The translations under genes were made by a program, and so were the position numbers. 64,000 bases of DNA from the human T2T-CHM13v2.0 reference genome, Homo sapiens. Under the pieces are notes generated by a model. That model was given only the letters and a program-made list of their open reading frames with translations, was not told the DNA's origin and did not search any database. Positions within the stretch are counted from its first letter, which is position 1. Each line of letters starts with the position of its first letter. The stretch lies in NCBI RefSeq assembly GCF_009914755.1, contig NC_060928.1; one strand, 5' to 3'. Below, piece by piece: positions 42,976-57,059 of the stretch.

Positions 42976-44679
42976 CTTAAAGGAGCGTAAGAAAAAAGAG
43001 CAGTCAGTCATATTTACCACAGGAGGTTGCATGGTTACAACAGAAACACCTGAATTAAAATGTGTTTGAAGATGAATAGTTGTGGTCTTATTTTTACTTC
43101 AACTCAAATCAAAATCTCTAACATCTCTCACATGTTGCTCAGATATAATGGTTAAAAGGACTGAAAAGTAATGAAAAACCTAAAGCCACAAATGAAGTGT
43201 GCAGCTAAGAGAGGGAGCAATACACTGCCGTATCTAAGATATATTACTACAGTAACCAAGGGGTGTGACCCAGCACTACCTGGTTAACAGGAAAATAAAA
43301 CATTTATAAGAACAGTGAAACGCCAGGCAGATCCTGAAACAATGAGATGTTTCTAAAGACAAAAATTTGTCTCGGTGTCATTTTAAGGTAGCTTTAATTT
43401 AAAGTGTCAGAAAAAAAAATTACAATGACCATTCTTCATCTATAATGACCATTATAGTTCTCTGATTTGATTACATCTGTAAATATCTCAGTAATCTTCT
43501 GGAACATAATATCAACTCAGTTCTTACTGAGGTTCAAAATGCCCTCAAATCTTTGAAACAACAACATTTAGGTAGTTGCAATTTTAAATTTTTCAACAAG
43601 ATTGTATTATATATATTATAAATAAAAATGCAACTTAGATTCAATTACCTCAAGTTAATAACATAATGAAAAATTCATAAGAGTTTGTTTCTTCCTTGTA
43701 ATAAAAATCTGCATCCAAGCAAAGAGGAATTTTTAGAGATGTGTCTTATATAAATGTTATTATATATGTTAATAAATCCAAACACTGAAAAGAGAGATGG
43801 CAAAATGCGAACGGTCTTATTTGGGGGCAGAGGCAGTAAAATTGGAGGAAACTTCCACTTTCTGAGAATGAATGTAGCAGCTTACCAATGTGGAAATACT
43901 ATTAAATGACTTAAATCACCAACATTTAGTCACCAAAGAATCCTAAGAGTAGAAACATTACATTCAATCTAGAGTTGAGGAAGCAAAAACCAGAGTTAAG
44001 TTATTGGTAAAAGTCAGAGAACTAGTAAGAGACAGTTTCATCTTGCTCTAGGTCCATGTTCCTCTCCTTAATTTACAATAGATTTATATTAATGTTATAG
44101 TGCAGTTTATGTACAATTATAGTGACAAACTTATAAATGCTATATGTGACATAAGACAATTACAAGTTAATTCTACAATCTTTGAGTAGGATACTTGTAA
44201 TCTCAATTTGATTTTAAATTGTGTAATCTACAGAATCAGGTCAGCTTTTACTAACATATCTGCATCTTTTGTAGGTCATATTTGAAAGCCATATTTCTCC
44301 AGTGAAATTTCAGCCAATGTAAAGGTACAATACAGATTTAGTATCTATTAATATTATAAATAAGTCATGGGGTAGCTACTATGGAGTAGTATAGCAGTAT
44401 GGGCAAAACCCATGATCTCTGTTACCAAGGAAATTATGATTTTGTTAATTAAGTCAAACTTGTAACAGTTAATAATTTCTTTTTCTTGTAGGTTTATAAA
44501 TGTATCAATCTCCTTCAACTGAATCCATGGGAAATTTCAACCAGGTATATCTGGTGATCAAGCAGCTAAAAAATAACCAGTAATAACAAAACTTAAAAAA
44601 AAATTTCAGTGTAGCATTAAAAACAGCTGACAGTGAAGTTAAATTATATAAATTTTATCTTATTTTATCTGCTTACACA

Positions 44680-44920
44680 GAGAATACAGCATAGTGGTTT
44701 AGAGCATAGACTATGGAACAAGACTGGATTGAATCCCATTCTGACTCTTATTAGCTATAACCTTGCACAAGTCATATAACCTCTGTGTACCTCAATTTCC
44801 TCATCTATAAAATGGGAATACCAAGAGTTTGTATGTCATAGAAATGTACAAGGTAGAAATTAGTTCATTTATGTAAAGGAGTAAGAACAGTGCCTGGCAT
44901 ACTCATTGAGTACTGATTGT
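44680..44920 (+). mobile_element. MIR
   Basis: agcatagtggtttagagcatagact...ctcaatttcctcatctataaaatgggaata...agtgcctggcata. Confidence 0.85.
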
Positions 44921-45263
44921 CATAATCCTTTTCCTTCTCCTCCTCTTTCTTCTAGGAATTATTATTCTGATTTCTTCTTAAAGTAATGGAAAGCTAATTA
45001 ATCATTCCTGTGGTAAATATCTCCATAAAGGTTACTTTTTTAAAAGGGAAACATGGTTGAGACACATTTCATTGCTGAATATTCTGATGACCTAATAACT
45101 ATTCTCCATACATCTCTAATTTTCTAAAATCTGTAAGTATGACCTTTGAATGAAGATAAAATAACTTTATATGTACTTATCACAATTCCTTGATTTATTC
45201 CTAGAAATTCACGAGGTTTTCTTAGAAATTCTGTCTATATTTGAGTTTAAAACCTTGAATTAG

Positions 45264-45583
45264 GGCCAGGCACGGTGGCTCACACCTGTAATCCCAGCAC
45301 TTTGGGAGGCCGAGGTGGGCGGATCATGAGGTCAGGAGATCGAGACCATCCTGGCCAAAATGGTGAAACCCCATCTCTACTAAAAATACAAAAAATAAAA
45401 ATAAAATAAATTAAAAAAAATTAGCCGGACATGGTGGTGGGCACCTGTAGTCCCAGCAACTCAGGAGGCTGAGGCTCGGAGAATGGCGTGAACCTGGGAG
45501 GCGGAGCTTGCAGTGAGCCGAGATCACGCCACTGCACTCCAGCCTGGGCAACAGAGCGAGACTCCGTCTCAAAAAAAAAAAAA
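45264..45583 (+). mobile_element. AluY-like with expanded middle A-rich linker
   Basis: gagatcgagaccatcctggcc, gaatggcgtgaacc, gcggagcttgcagtg. Confidence 0.9.
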
Positions 45584-46447
45584 AGTTACTAATTAAGGTA
45601 TTCTGAGTCTACCTATAACTGTTTAAACTTTTGTTTGCATATAAATTCCCATGCATCACTTGAGTGTGAAGACTGGACTATCTGGAGCATATTCATGGGG
45701 GTGTGTGTGTGTTTGTGTGTGTATAAAAACAATATAGGTTCCCACATAACAAAGACAACCAGAGAACCTTAAGGTTTTACTGTTAGAATAATCCTTAGGG
45801 GCCTTCTAATTCTTACACTATCGCCTTAGTAGTAAGAAAATCAGGACCTAAAAAATTGTGGTTTCAGTCAAAAAGGGCTGTGCCTAGAGTCCAGATCTCC
45901 TGAGTTTTATACCAGTATACTTTTTTATAATTAAGTACTGGTGACCTTGTTGATGCTTTTATTTTTGTTGGAAAATAGGATAGTTAACAAAATACACTGA
46001 TTGTAGTAAATATTTATTGTGGTTTGGGGACACTTAGTCTCCACTTGTCCTTTTTCCAAATAACAAATCCAGACTGTGTTTTGAGGAATGACTGCATGTT
46101 CACTGTGAACAGCTTTGATAACAATACTACTCAAAATGATTGCCTTGCCTCTAGGAAAGACAGGGCTCAGTCTCTCCACCAGCTGAATCAGATCCCTTCT
46201 CCGGGAAACCACTGAAGCTTGAGTGGCTTATCATAAAGACAGAAAATGGGTACTACTCTAGTGCTCTAACAAGATGGGTGACAGCATTTGCCACCTGCAT
46301 CACTGCAGCTGATATGGTCCTTGATCTACTCTTTCTGACATTGTTCATTCTTCCACTATTCATTCCATTTGGTAAGCTGCTCCAGTAACTTTCCAGTAAA
46401 GTTTCTTTATTCTGAAATTAGCCAGAACTCATTTCTGTTCTGTAACA

Positions 46448-46483
46448 ACACACACACACACACTCTCTCTCTCTCTCTCTCTC
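46448..46483. repeat. Compound (CA)n(CT)n microsatellite
   Basis: acacacacacacacac followed by tctctctctctctctctctct. Confidence 0.9.
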
Positions 46484-47138
46484 TAATTGATTAAAATACC
46501 TAGAAAAAAATTAAAATTATCAGAGAAAATAGAAAATTAAAGTTTTAAAAGATAAGAAAAAATCAAAATGATAATGACAGTGAACTTTTATGGAGTCTTT
46601 AGTGTCTATGCCAGTCAGGGCTGCCAATACTTCAAACGGCTTCACTCATTAAATCCTATAAAAAAGAAACTCTAGGAAGGAAGATACTTTTGTGATTCCC
46701 ACTTCACAAAAGGCACAGAGATGCCAGTAAAGTGCTCCAGTTCGCATAAGAAAGTGGTGCAACCAGGAGTCACACTCAGGCAAGCAAGCTGAGTCCAGGG
46801 GCCACAGTCTTAACACTGTCTCCAACTAGATAGTGGTGAGAATAAAAAACACATGCTGTAAAGATAAGTGCACTTGCTAGAAATGAGAAACAAATTCCAT
46901 ATTCTTGTAGCAGAGAAAAATAGTTATTTACATGTTTCATGGTCTCTTTAATACAAAGTAAGGTATGTTCAGAAGCAACATCAATAATTATGATATTAGG
47001 ACCTGAATAAAGATGGCGTTCATCAATACAGTAAATAGGACAAATTTCAGGAGCCTTGAGTTTTTACAATAGCTAACACATAGAAGGGACTGATTGTATC
47101 ACAGACACTGTTGTACATGGTTTAAAATTAATGTCTCT

Positions 47139-48680
<1,542 letters not shown>

Positions 48681-48892
48681 AAAATTAATGTGTCTAAGTC
48701 TCAAAATCACCTTATCACTATGTACTCTTAGCTACTTCCATTGGGATAAGAAAATTAAAGCACAAGAACAACAAAAAGGAAAGAAAGAAAGAAAAGAAAA
48801 GAAAGGAAGGAAGGAGGGGAGGGGAGGGAAGGGAAAAAAAGAAAAAGGATAATTGAGGTGCCAAGAAAAGAAAATTGCCTAAGTTTACATGG

Positions 48893-51340
48893 TGATATGG
48901 TTTACATTTGTGTCCCTGCCCCAATCTCATGTGGAATTGTAATCTCCAATGTTAGAGGAAGGGCTGGGTGGGAGGTGATTGGATCATGGGGGAGGATTTC
49001 TCCCTTGCTGTTCTTGTGATAGTGAGTGAGTCCTCACAAGATCGGGTTGTTTAAAAGTATGTAGCACCTCCTCCTTTCCTCTCTTCCTCTTTCTCTGGCC
49101 ATGTAAAACATGCTTATTTTTCCTTTGCCTTCACCATAAGTGTAAGTTTCCTGAGGTCTCCCAAGCCTTGTATCCTGTACAGCCTGCAGAACTGTGAGCC
49201 TTTTAAACATCTTTTCTTTATAAATTATCCAGTCTCAGGTAAGGACATGAGATTTGTGAAGGGCCAGGTACAGAATGATATAATTTGGATTTGAGTCACA
49301 ACCCACATTTACAGCAATGTGAGAACAGACTAATACAGCAAATGTGGTACCTAGGAGTGGGCATTGCTATAAAGATACCTCAAAATGTGAAAGCAGCTTT
49401 GGAAGTGGGTAATGTTCAGCGGTTGGAACAGTTTGGAGGGCACAGAAGAAAAAAGATGAAGGAAAGTTTGGAACTTTCTAGAAACTTGTTGAATGGTTGT
49501 GATCAAAATGCTGATAGTGATGTGGACAATGAAGTCCAGGCTGAGGAGGTCTCAGATGGAGATGAGGAACTTATTGAGAACTGGAGTAAAGGTTACTCTT
49601 GTTATGCTTTAGCAAAGGAAGTGGCAGCATTTTGCCCCTTCTCTAGGGATGTGTGAAACTTTGAACTTAAGAGAGATGATTTAGGGTATCAGGAGGAAGA
49701 AGTTTCAAAGCAGCAAACCACTCGAGATTTGACCTGGCTGCTTCTAACAGTGTATGGTCATATGCATGAGCAAAGAGATTATCTGAAACTTGAACTTATA
49801 TTCATTAATAAAAGGAAAACAGAGCATAAAAGTTTAGAAAATTTGCAGCCTGATCATATTGTAGAAAATAAAATTCCATTTTCTAGGGAGGAATTCAAGC
49901 CAGCTGCAGAAATTTGCAGCTGAACATTCAGAGGAACTGAATGTTAATAGCCAAGACAATGGGGAAAATGTCTCAAAGGCATTTCAGAGATCTTCACAGC
50001 AGCCCCTCCCATCACAGGGCTGGAGGCCTAGGAGGGAAGAATGGTTTCCTGGGCCAGGCCCAGGGTCCTGTTGCTCTGCTCAGCCGCAGGACACTGGTCC
50101 CTGTGTCCCAATCACTCCAGCTCCAGCCATGGCTAAAATGGCCCAAGATACGTCTCAGGCCACTGCTCCAGAGGGTACAGGCCATAAGCCTTGGTGGCTG
50201 CCACATATTAAGCCTATGGGTGCACAGAGGGCAAAAGTTGAGGCTTAGGAACCTCCACCTAGATTTCAGAGGATGTATTGAAACTCCTGAATGTCCAGGC
50301 AGCAGTCTGCTGCAGGGGTGGAGCCCTCATGGAGAACCTCTACTAGGGCAATGCAGAGGGGAAATGTGAGATTGGAGCCCCCATACAAGAGTCCCCACTG
50401 GGACACTGCCTAGTGGAGCTGAGAGAAGAGGACCACCATCTTCCAAGACCCAGAATGGTAGATCCACTGACAGCTTGCATCATGTGCCTGGAAAAGCTGT
50501 AAGCAATCAATGCTATCCCAGGAAAGCAACTGAGGTGCTGTACCCTATAGAGCCATAAGGGCAGAGATGCCCAAGTCCTTGGGAGCCCACACCTTGCATC
50601 AGGGTGGCCTGGATGTGAAACAAGGAGTGAAAGAAGATTATTTTTGAGCTCTAAGATTTAATGACTGCCCTGCTGGGTTTCAAACTTGCACAGGGCTTGT
50701 AGCCCCTTTGTTTTGGCTGATTTCTGCCTTTTGAAATGGATGTATTTACCTAACACCTGTACCCCATTTTATCTTGGAAGAAACTAACTTGGTAAAAAAA
50801 ACAACAACTTGGTTTTGATTTTACAGAAGGGACTTGCCTTGTCTCAGATGTGACTTTGGACTGGACTTTTGAGTTAATGCTGAAATGAATTAAGACTCGG
50901 GGGACTGCTGAGAAGGAATGATTGTATTTTGCAATGTTAGAAGGACATGAGATTTAAGAAGGGCCAGGGACAGAATGATATAATTTGGATTTGAGTCACC
51001 ACCCATGTCTCATCTTGAATTGTAATCCCCAGTGTTGGAGAAGGGGCCTGGTGGGAGGTAATTAGACTGGGGGGTGGATGGTAATAGTGAGTCAGTTCTC
51101 ACAAGATCTGGTTGTTTAAAAGTGTGTAGCACCTCCCTCTTTCCTCTCTTCCTCCTCTTCTGGCCATGTAAGATGAACCTGCTTCCCCTTCGCCTACCAC
51201 TATGGTTGTAAGTTTCCTCAGGCCTCCCCAGCCACAATTCCTTACAGCCTGTGGAACCAGGAGACAATTAAACCTCTTTTCTTTATAAAGCACCCAGTCT
51301 CAGGTAGTTCTTTATAGCAATGTGAGAACAGACTAATACA
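48893..51340 (+). mobile_element. Full-length MST-type MaLR provirus (5' LTR 48893-49337, internal 49338-50975, 3' LTR 50976-51340)
   Basis: Both LTRs run tgatat...gactaataca; perfect 5-bp TSD catgg (48888-48892, 51341-51345); internal region has the MaLR ORF relic (LNGCDQNADSDVDNEVQAEEVSDGDEELI). Confidence 0.93.
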
Positions 51341-52940
51341 CATGGCTGGTAAGGTTTAGAGCCAGAACATAACCCCAGATCCTTAAGGCTCCAGTGCTTG
51401 AGCTTTTAATGATGACACACTATGGTATTGCCAGAACCTTTAATATTGGCAGCTCTGCGAGGGCCCAAGGGGGCCAACATTACCTGTATGCAGCTCTGTT
51501 TAACTTAATATAAAATCCAATTTTAGACTACTGAAATCAATGGCCTGTATTTCCTTATGGTGATCCTTCACAAATTTAAAGCCCATATATTTAAAGTACT
51601 TTGAAAGATAATCAGATTACATTGCTGGTTAAATTCAGAACCATGTGCTCCAAGACTCTTTGGAACTGGAGCTAGGGTTAATAAATCTAACAAGGAATGT
51701 ATAAGATAGAAAGCCACCCCATCACCAAATAAAAGTAGTGCAAGGAAAGTGCAAGGTGATCCTGAGACATCTCACTCCAGAAAGCAATAAAAAAAAAATG
51801 CTCAAGGCCTAATGGGACACGTCCACAAGACCTATGGGCCACTGTAATGGAACACCGCTGGGCAAATTTAGGACAGTTAGATCACCAAAAGTAACCACTG
51901 TAAATAATAACATATTTAGTTAACCTAAATTTTTTATTAATACATATAACCTATGTATTAACATATTTAATACACTAATAACATAGTGTATTAAAAATCT
52001 CTGAATCTGTAATAAGTGACAGAAAGGGGTAAAAAAGTTAAGGCCTTCTTTACAGAAGAATGCTGCAGTTAAATGTAGAATGAATGACAATTAGAAAACC
52101 ACCATTTTTTCTCACAAATCACTTAATAATGTAAGCAAGGATAATCAGCAGCTGCCAAAATATCAACTGAAAGGTTGTTGGAGAATATGATTTTCATAGT
52201 GTCAAAAAGATTACCTCACAGATTATATACTCATTGCAAAGAAAAAATTCACTATTGCAATTATATCTGGCTATAATCACCTTAACTTGTTACCCAAAAG
52301 ATACAATTTATCATTACTAATCATGAGAGTACTTCTCATCATGTGCTCCTGATGTGATGCATTATAAAGAATACATAATTTATCAAGTATTCTTGCTAAA
52401 AACCTTTAAGGTGATGCTCACTAGCTTGTAAACCTAACTTCTAGTTTACAGTAAATACAAAAGCTAGAAGAAAAAGTTAAAAGAGACTGTGAAAAAAAGA
52501 AACAAATCCAGAAGGAGAGACATTCTAACACAGTATCAGCCTGGACTTTTCAAAACATCAATGTCATGAGGGAAAGACTGGTTCTAGATTTCAAGTAAGT
52601 TAAAATATACAACCTTCAAATGTAATATATGAATCTTGATTGTTTCCCCATTTATTAAAGAAAAACATGGATACATGTCATCATGCATTTTACCAAATTC
52701 ACACAATGCATAACACAAACAGGGAAACCTAATGTAAAGTATGAGATCTACTTAATAATAATGTATCAATATTGGCTCATCAATTACAACAAATGTGCCA
52801 CACCAATGCAAGATGATAATAGTAGAAGAAACTGGGAAGTAAGGACAAAGAATTATGTGGGAACTTTGTACTTCCTAGTCATTTTCTGTAAATGTAAAAC
52901 TGCTCAAAAAAATGTCTACTCATTTTTAAAAGCAAAATTA

Positions 52941-53292
52941 GGCCAGGTGTGGTGGCTCATGCCTGTAATGCTAGCACTTTGGGAGGCCGAGGCAGAAGGA
53001 TCACTTGAGGCAAGGAGTTTGAGACCTCTATATAAGCATAACTGACATCAAAAAAAGGGGTGAGAGTTGTTCAAGACCAGCCTGGGCAACAAAGTGAGAT
53101 CCCATCTCTACCAAAAAAAATTTTTTTTAATTATCTGGGCATGATGGCTAATCCTCCCACCACAGCTTCTCAGGAGGCTGTGGCAGAAAGATCACTTGAG
53201 CCCAGGAGTTTGAAGCTGCAGTGAGCTACGATCACACCACTGAACTCCAGCTCGGGTGACAGAGCAAGACACTGTCTCTTTAAAAAAAAAAA
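52941..53292 (+). mobile_element. AluJ with 42-bp foreign insertion in the B box, inside an L1MC relic
   Basis: gtttgagacc[tctatataagc...gagagtt]gttcaagaccagcctggg. Confidence 0.87.
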
Positions 53293-54047
53293 AGCAAAAA
53301 TAAAAACAGCCAATTGTCTCATCAGGACAACTGGGAAAATGTGAAAATGTATTGGATATTAGACAGTGTAACTTTAAATATTTTAGGTATAATACCATAT
53401 CATAACATCATGTAAGAACTAATTTATTCCAGCTACAGTATTCCTTATCCTTATGAGGTGCATGCTGCAACAGGGATGCAATGTAATGATGTCTTCAAAT
53501 ACTAAAATATTTCAAACACAAAGTGTCTACGCCTGTATATGTATTGTATATATGCAAATATATACAAACATACAAAGAGACAGAGGGAATGAGTACAAAT
53601 ATCACGGAATGCTGACTTTTAAATCTAAGTGGGCAGTATACAGAGTGCCCTTTCAACTTTTATGAATGCTTGATATTTTTCATTAATAATAAATTTGGAA
53701 AAAATAGGAATCCCTCAAAGAGACTCCCAGCTAACAAAGAGTTATACCTCATACCAATTTTTTGACAGCATAAGAGGAAAAGGAACATGTTCTTTCCAAA
53801 TTGCAATTTAAAAATTAACAATAACAATTGGAGGATTACTATTTTATAGAGACATAGACAATCATACTAGCTTGGATAAGGTTGGCATCATTGGGAAAGG
53901 ACTAGATCTGAAATTAGGGAACTTGAGTTTGAATCTTGGTTTTGCCATTGACTGGTATAGTCTCACTGGGAATGTCAGCCTTTTTGGTGAATGTGCAGCT
54001 TTGGAAAAGAGCAAACCCAACAATAAAGAAGGATGACCCATGCGGTC

Positions 54048-54395
54048 TGTGATGATTAATATTGAGTGTCAACTTGACTGGATTGAAGGATGCAAAGTAT
54101 TGTTCCTGAGTGTGTCTGTGGGGGTGTTGCCAAAGGAGATTAACATTTGAGTCAGTGGACTGGGAGAGGCAGACCCACCCTCAGTCTGGGTGGGCACCAT
54201 CTAATCAGCTGCCAGCAGAGGAACACGGAAGGACTAGACTGGCTGAGTCTTCTGCCCTCCACCTCTCTCCCATTCTGGATGCTTCCTGCCCTTGAACATC
54301 AGACTTCAAGTTCTTCAGCTTTTGGACCCTTGGTCTTACACCAGACCCACTCTTGGACCCCTGGATTTTCCAGGAGCTCTCAGGCCTTCAGCCAC
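54048..54395 (+). mobile_element. MLT2A1 LTR, 3'-truncated, near-identical to 8596-8945
   Basis: tgtgatgattaatattgagtgtcaac ... ggccttcagccac, then breaks off into MIR-like sequence; no TSD seen. Confidence 0.9.
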
Positions 54396-54415
54396 CTACT
54401 TAAAAGTGTTATGAG

Positions 54416-54701
54416 TGTGAGTATAAGGGAGATAAAGAGAGGTGTTAATGAGTACAAACATACAGTTAGAAAGAAGGAATACATTCTAATGATTGATAGC
54501 AGAGTAGGATGACTACAGTTAACAAGTATTGTGTATTTCAAAACAGCTAGAAGAAAGGACTTGAAATGTTCCCAACACATAGAAATGATAAATACTTGAG
54601 GTGATCAAGTCAAATACCTTGACTTGATCATTACACAGCCAATGCATTTAATAAAATATCACATGTACCTCATAAATATGTACAAACATTATGTATCAAC
54701 A
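54416..54701 (+). mobile_element. 5'-truncated L1MA 3' end
   Basis: acaaacatacagttagaaagaagg...gaaatgataaatacttgaggtgat...; TSD aaaa(g/t)tgttatgag. Confidence 0.82.
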
Positions 54702-54726
54702 AAAATTGTTATGAGAGTTTAATTAA

Positions 54727-54855
54727 CCCATTTATGCCGAAGGTTGCAAATTTTTCTTGCTAAAAATCAGACCTGGATGATGACTTTAAGCAGTAGGATA
54801 TAAATAACTCCCACAAGCTTAGCGTTCCAATAATGGAACACTAGGCATAAATGGG
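54727..54855. mobile_element. MER85 piggyBac (PGBD3-related) MITE
   Basis: TTAA|CCCATTTATGCC ... GGCATAAATGGG|TTAA (12-bp perfect TIR, TTAA TSD); internal palindrome gttccaataatggaac at 54824-54839. Confidence 0.94.
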
Positions 54856-54948
54856 TTAAATAATGTATGTAAAAGCATTTCTCACACAGTAAGAGAGTTA
54901 ATGCTGAAAACATTGATTAAAAATTTCTTTGTGGTGACCAATTCTTTA

Positions 54949-55311
<363 letters not shown>

Positions 55312-57059
55312 TTAGTAAGAGAACTCTGATTCTGTTTGCGCTGGTAGGGAACAAAGTGCTCGGTTAAAACGTACCCAGCCTTCATTGCAGCACATCTTTG
55401 ATGGACATATGTATATGTTTGATGAACAAGATGTAAATAGACGTTGCTGGGACCATCAGAAAAACTCCTTAACAGGGGAGCAATACAGTCTTTTCCCCAT
55501 GTCCCTGTTTTCTGCCTAGATCACAGATACAATGACCAATAGCCATGCTGTAATTAAGCAGCAACCCAGAAGCTAAGCTCTAAGTACAGTAAAATAGAAA
55601 AAAAGGACTTGTAGCCTGATGACATAATAGAGGCACATGTCCACCTTGGAATAGCTAGCTATGGACTTATTTTATGTGAGAATCCCCAAATAGTGCTCTG
55701 TCAGAAAGTCAATTATTTACTGAATACGTTGTTAAATCAAGGAAATCTGAAGCCGTCTAAAAATCAATTTTCTAAATCTAGTATATTAATTTGAAAAACT
55801 CAAAGCAGTTCGTAGATATCTTATTCGTTACCCTTACAGAAACATTTCATAGCATATAGGGTTATTTATGTGCATTGTAGATCCAAGACAATAGCTCTTA
55901 ACTTAGAATCCATGAATCATGAGACCCTGAAAGTACATAAAATATAATTGTTCTAGAAATCATATTCTCAAAGAGGTCTATGATCTGAAAAATAAAGACC
56001 CAACAATCTTTAAACATTCACAGAAAAGTAAAGTTTAAGAAAAGATTTTTAAAAGATAATCCATTTAAATTTCTCTTTATGTTTTTTTCTATTTAGCCCA
56101 TTGATTTCTTTATCCAAAAAATTATTTAAAATTGCTTAAATCGCCTTATAGCTCACAAATTAAGTTCAACTAATTTATTCAAATTAGACTAAAAACATTC
56201 TATTAAAAAAGACTCTATGTACTTAGTACTGTTGAAATGTTCAAGAACCTATTAAAGACAAATCCAATAAAAATGTTGTGTTATCACTTCTTCTGAAACC
56301 ACACAGATGAAGACGATGAAGTAACAGAAAAGCTATAAACTCTGATTTGCATATGTGATGCCAAAGGTGAGGATGATGTGGAAAGCTTACGGCAGACATC
56401 ATATCAGCACTGGGGCAGGAGTCTAGAAAGGACCAGCAGTGGAAAGCTTTCAAACTCTCCTACAAATACTTACCACCTGAAAGATAGAGCACACTGTCAG
56501 AAGGAGCTGAACAAGACTCAGCTGATTAGAGAAGAGGCGGGAGAAGGTACAGAAAATACCTACAGGCACACCAAGGTGGCAGATATCAGGAAGCATTAGA
56601 AAAATACACTAACTAAGAGTGAGTGTATCACCTTGGGAGGCAAGTTTATGAAGAAAAGACAACAGAGCTCTCTTGACCCAGGCCAGCTTCTGAGAGGCAA
56701 AGGAGAGATGGGCAAACAGAGGGGCTGTATTAAGAAAACAGTCATTTTTGTAGCAATAGAGGGGGGAATCTCCTGAGCTGTGAAACCTGAAAGGCTACTT
56801 TGGCCCATTATTACTATACCCCATAGGAAACTCTTGCTACTAACCTGCAAAAATTCATCTTACTCAGGATGAGTAGGAAAAAAGGATCATGGACAGCATT
56901 TATATAGAAACAGTATTTTTTTAAGTATAAAAAAGCATCACAATCTTCCTACAACAACTCATCAGAAAAATGCTGCCAAGAAGCAGACGGAAACTATAAA
57001 CTAACAAAAAGAACAAAATTTTAATAAGGATGTGACAATAGAAGCACAGACAACAACAA

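Noticed and set aside
49285-50369. ORFs within the MST internal region
   Set aside because: Broken relics of the MaLR internal ORF with stops and frameshifts. The start of 49285 lies in the templated insert and is not an ATG.
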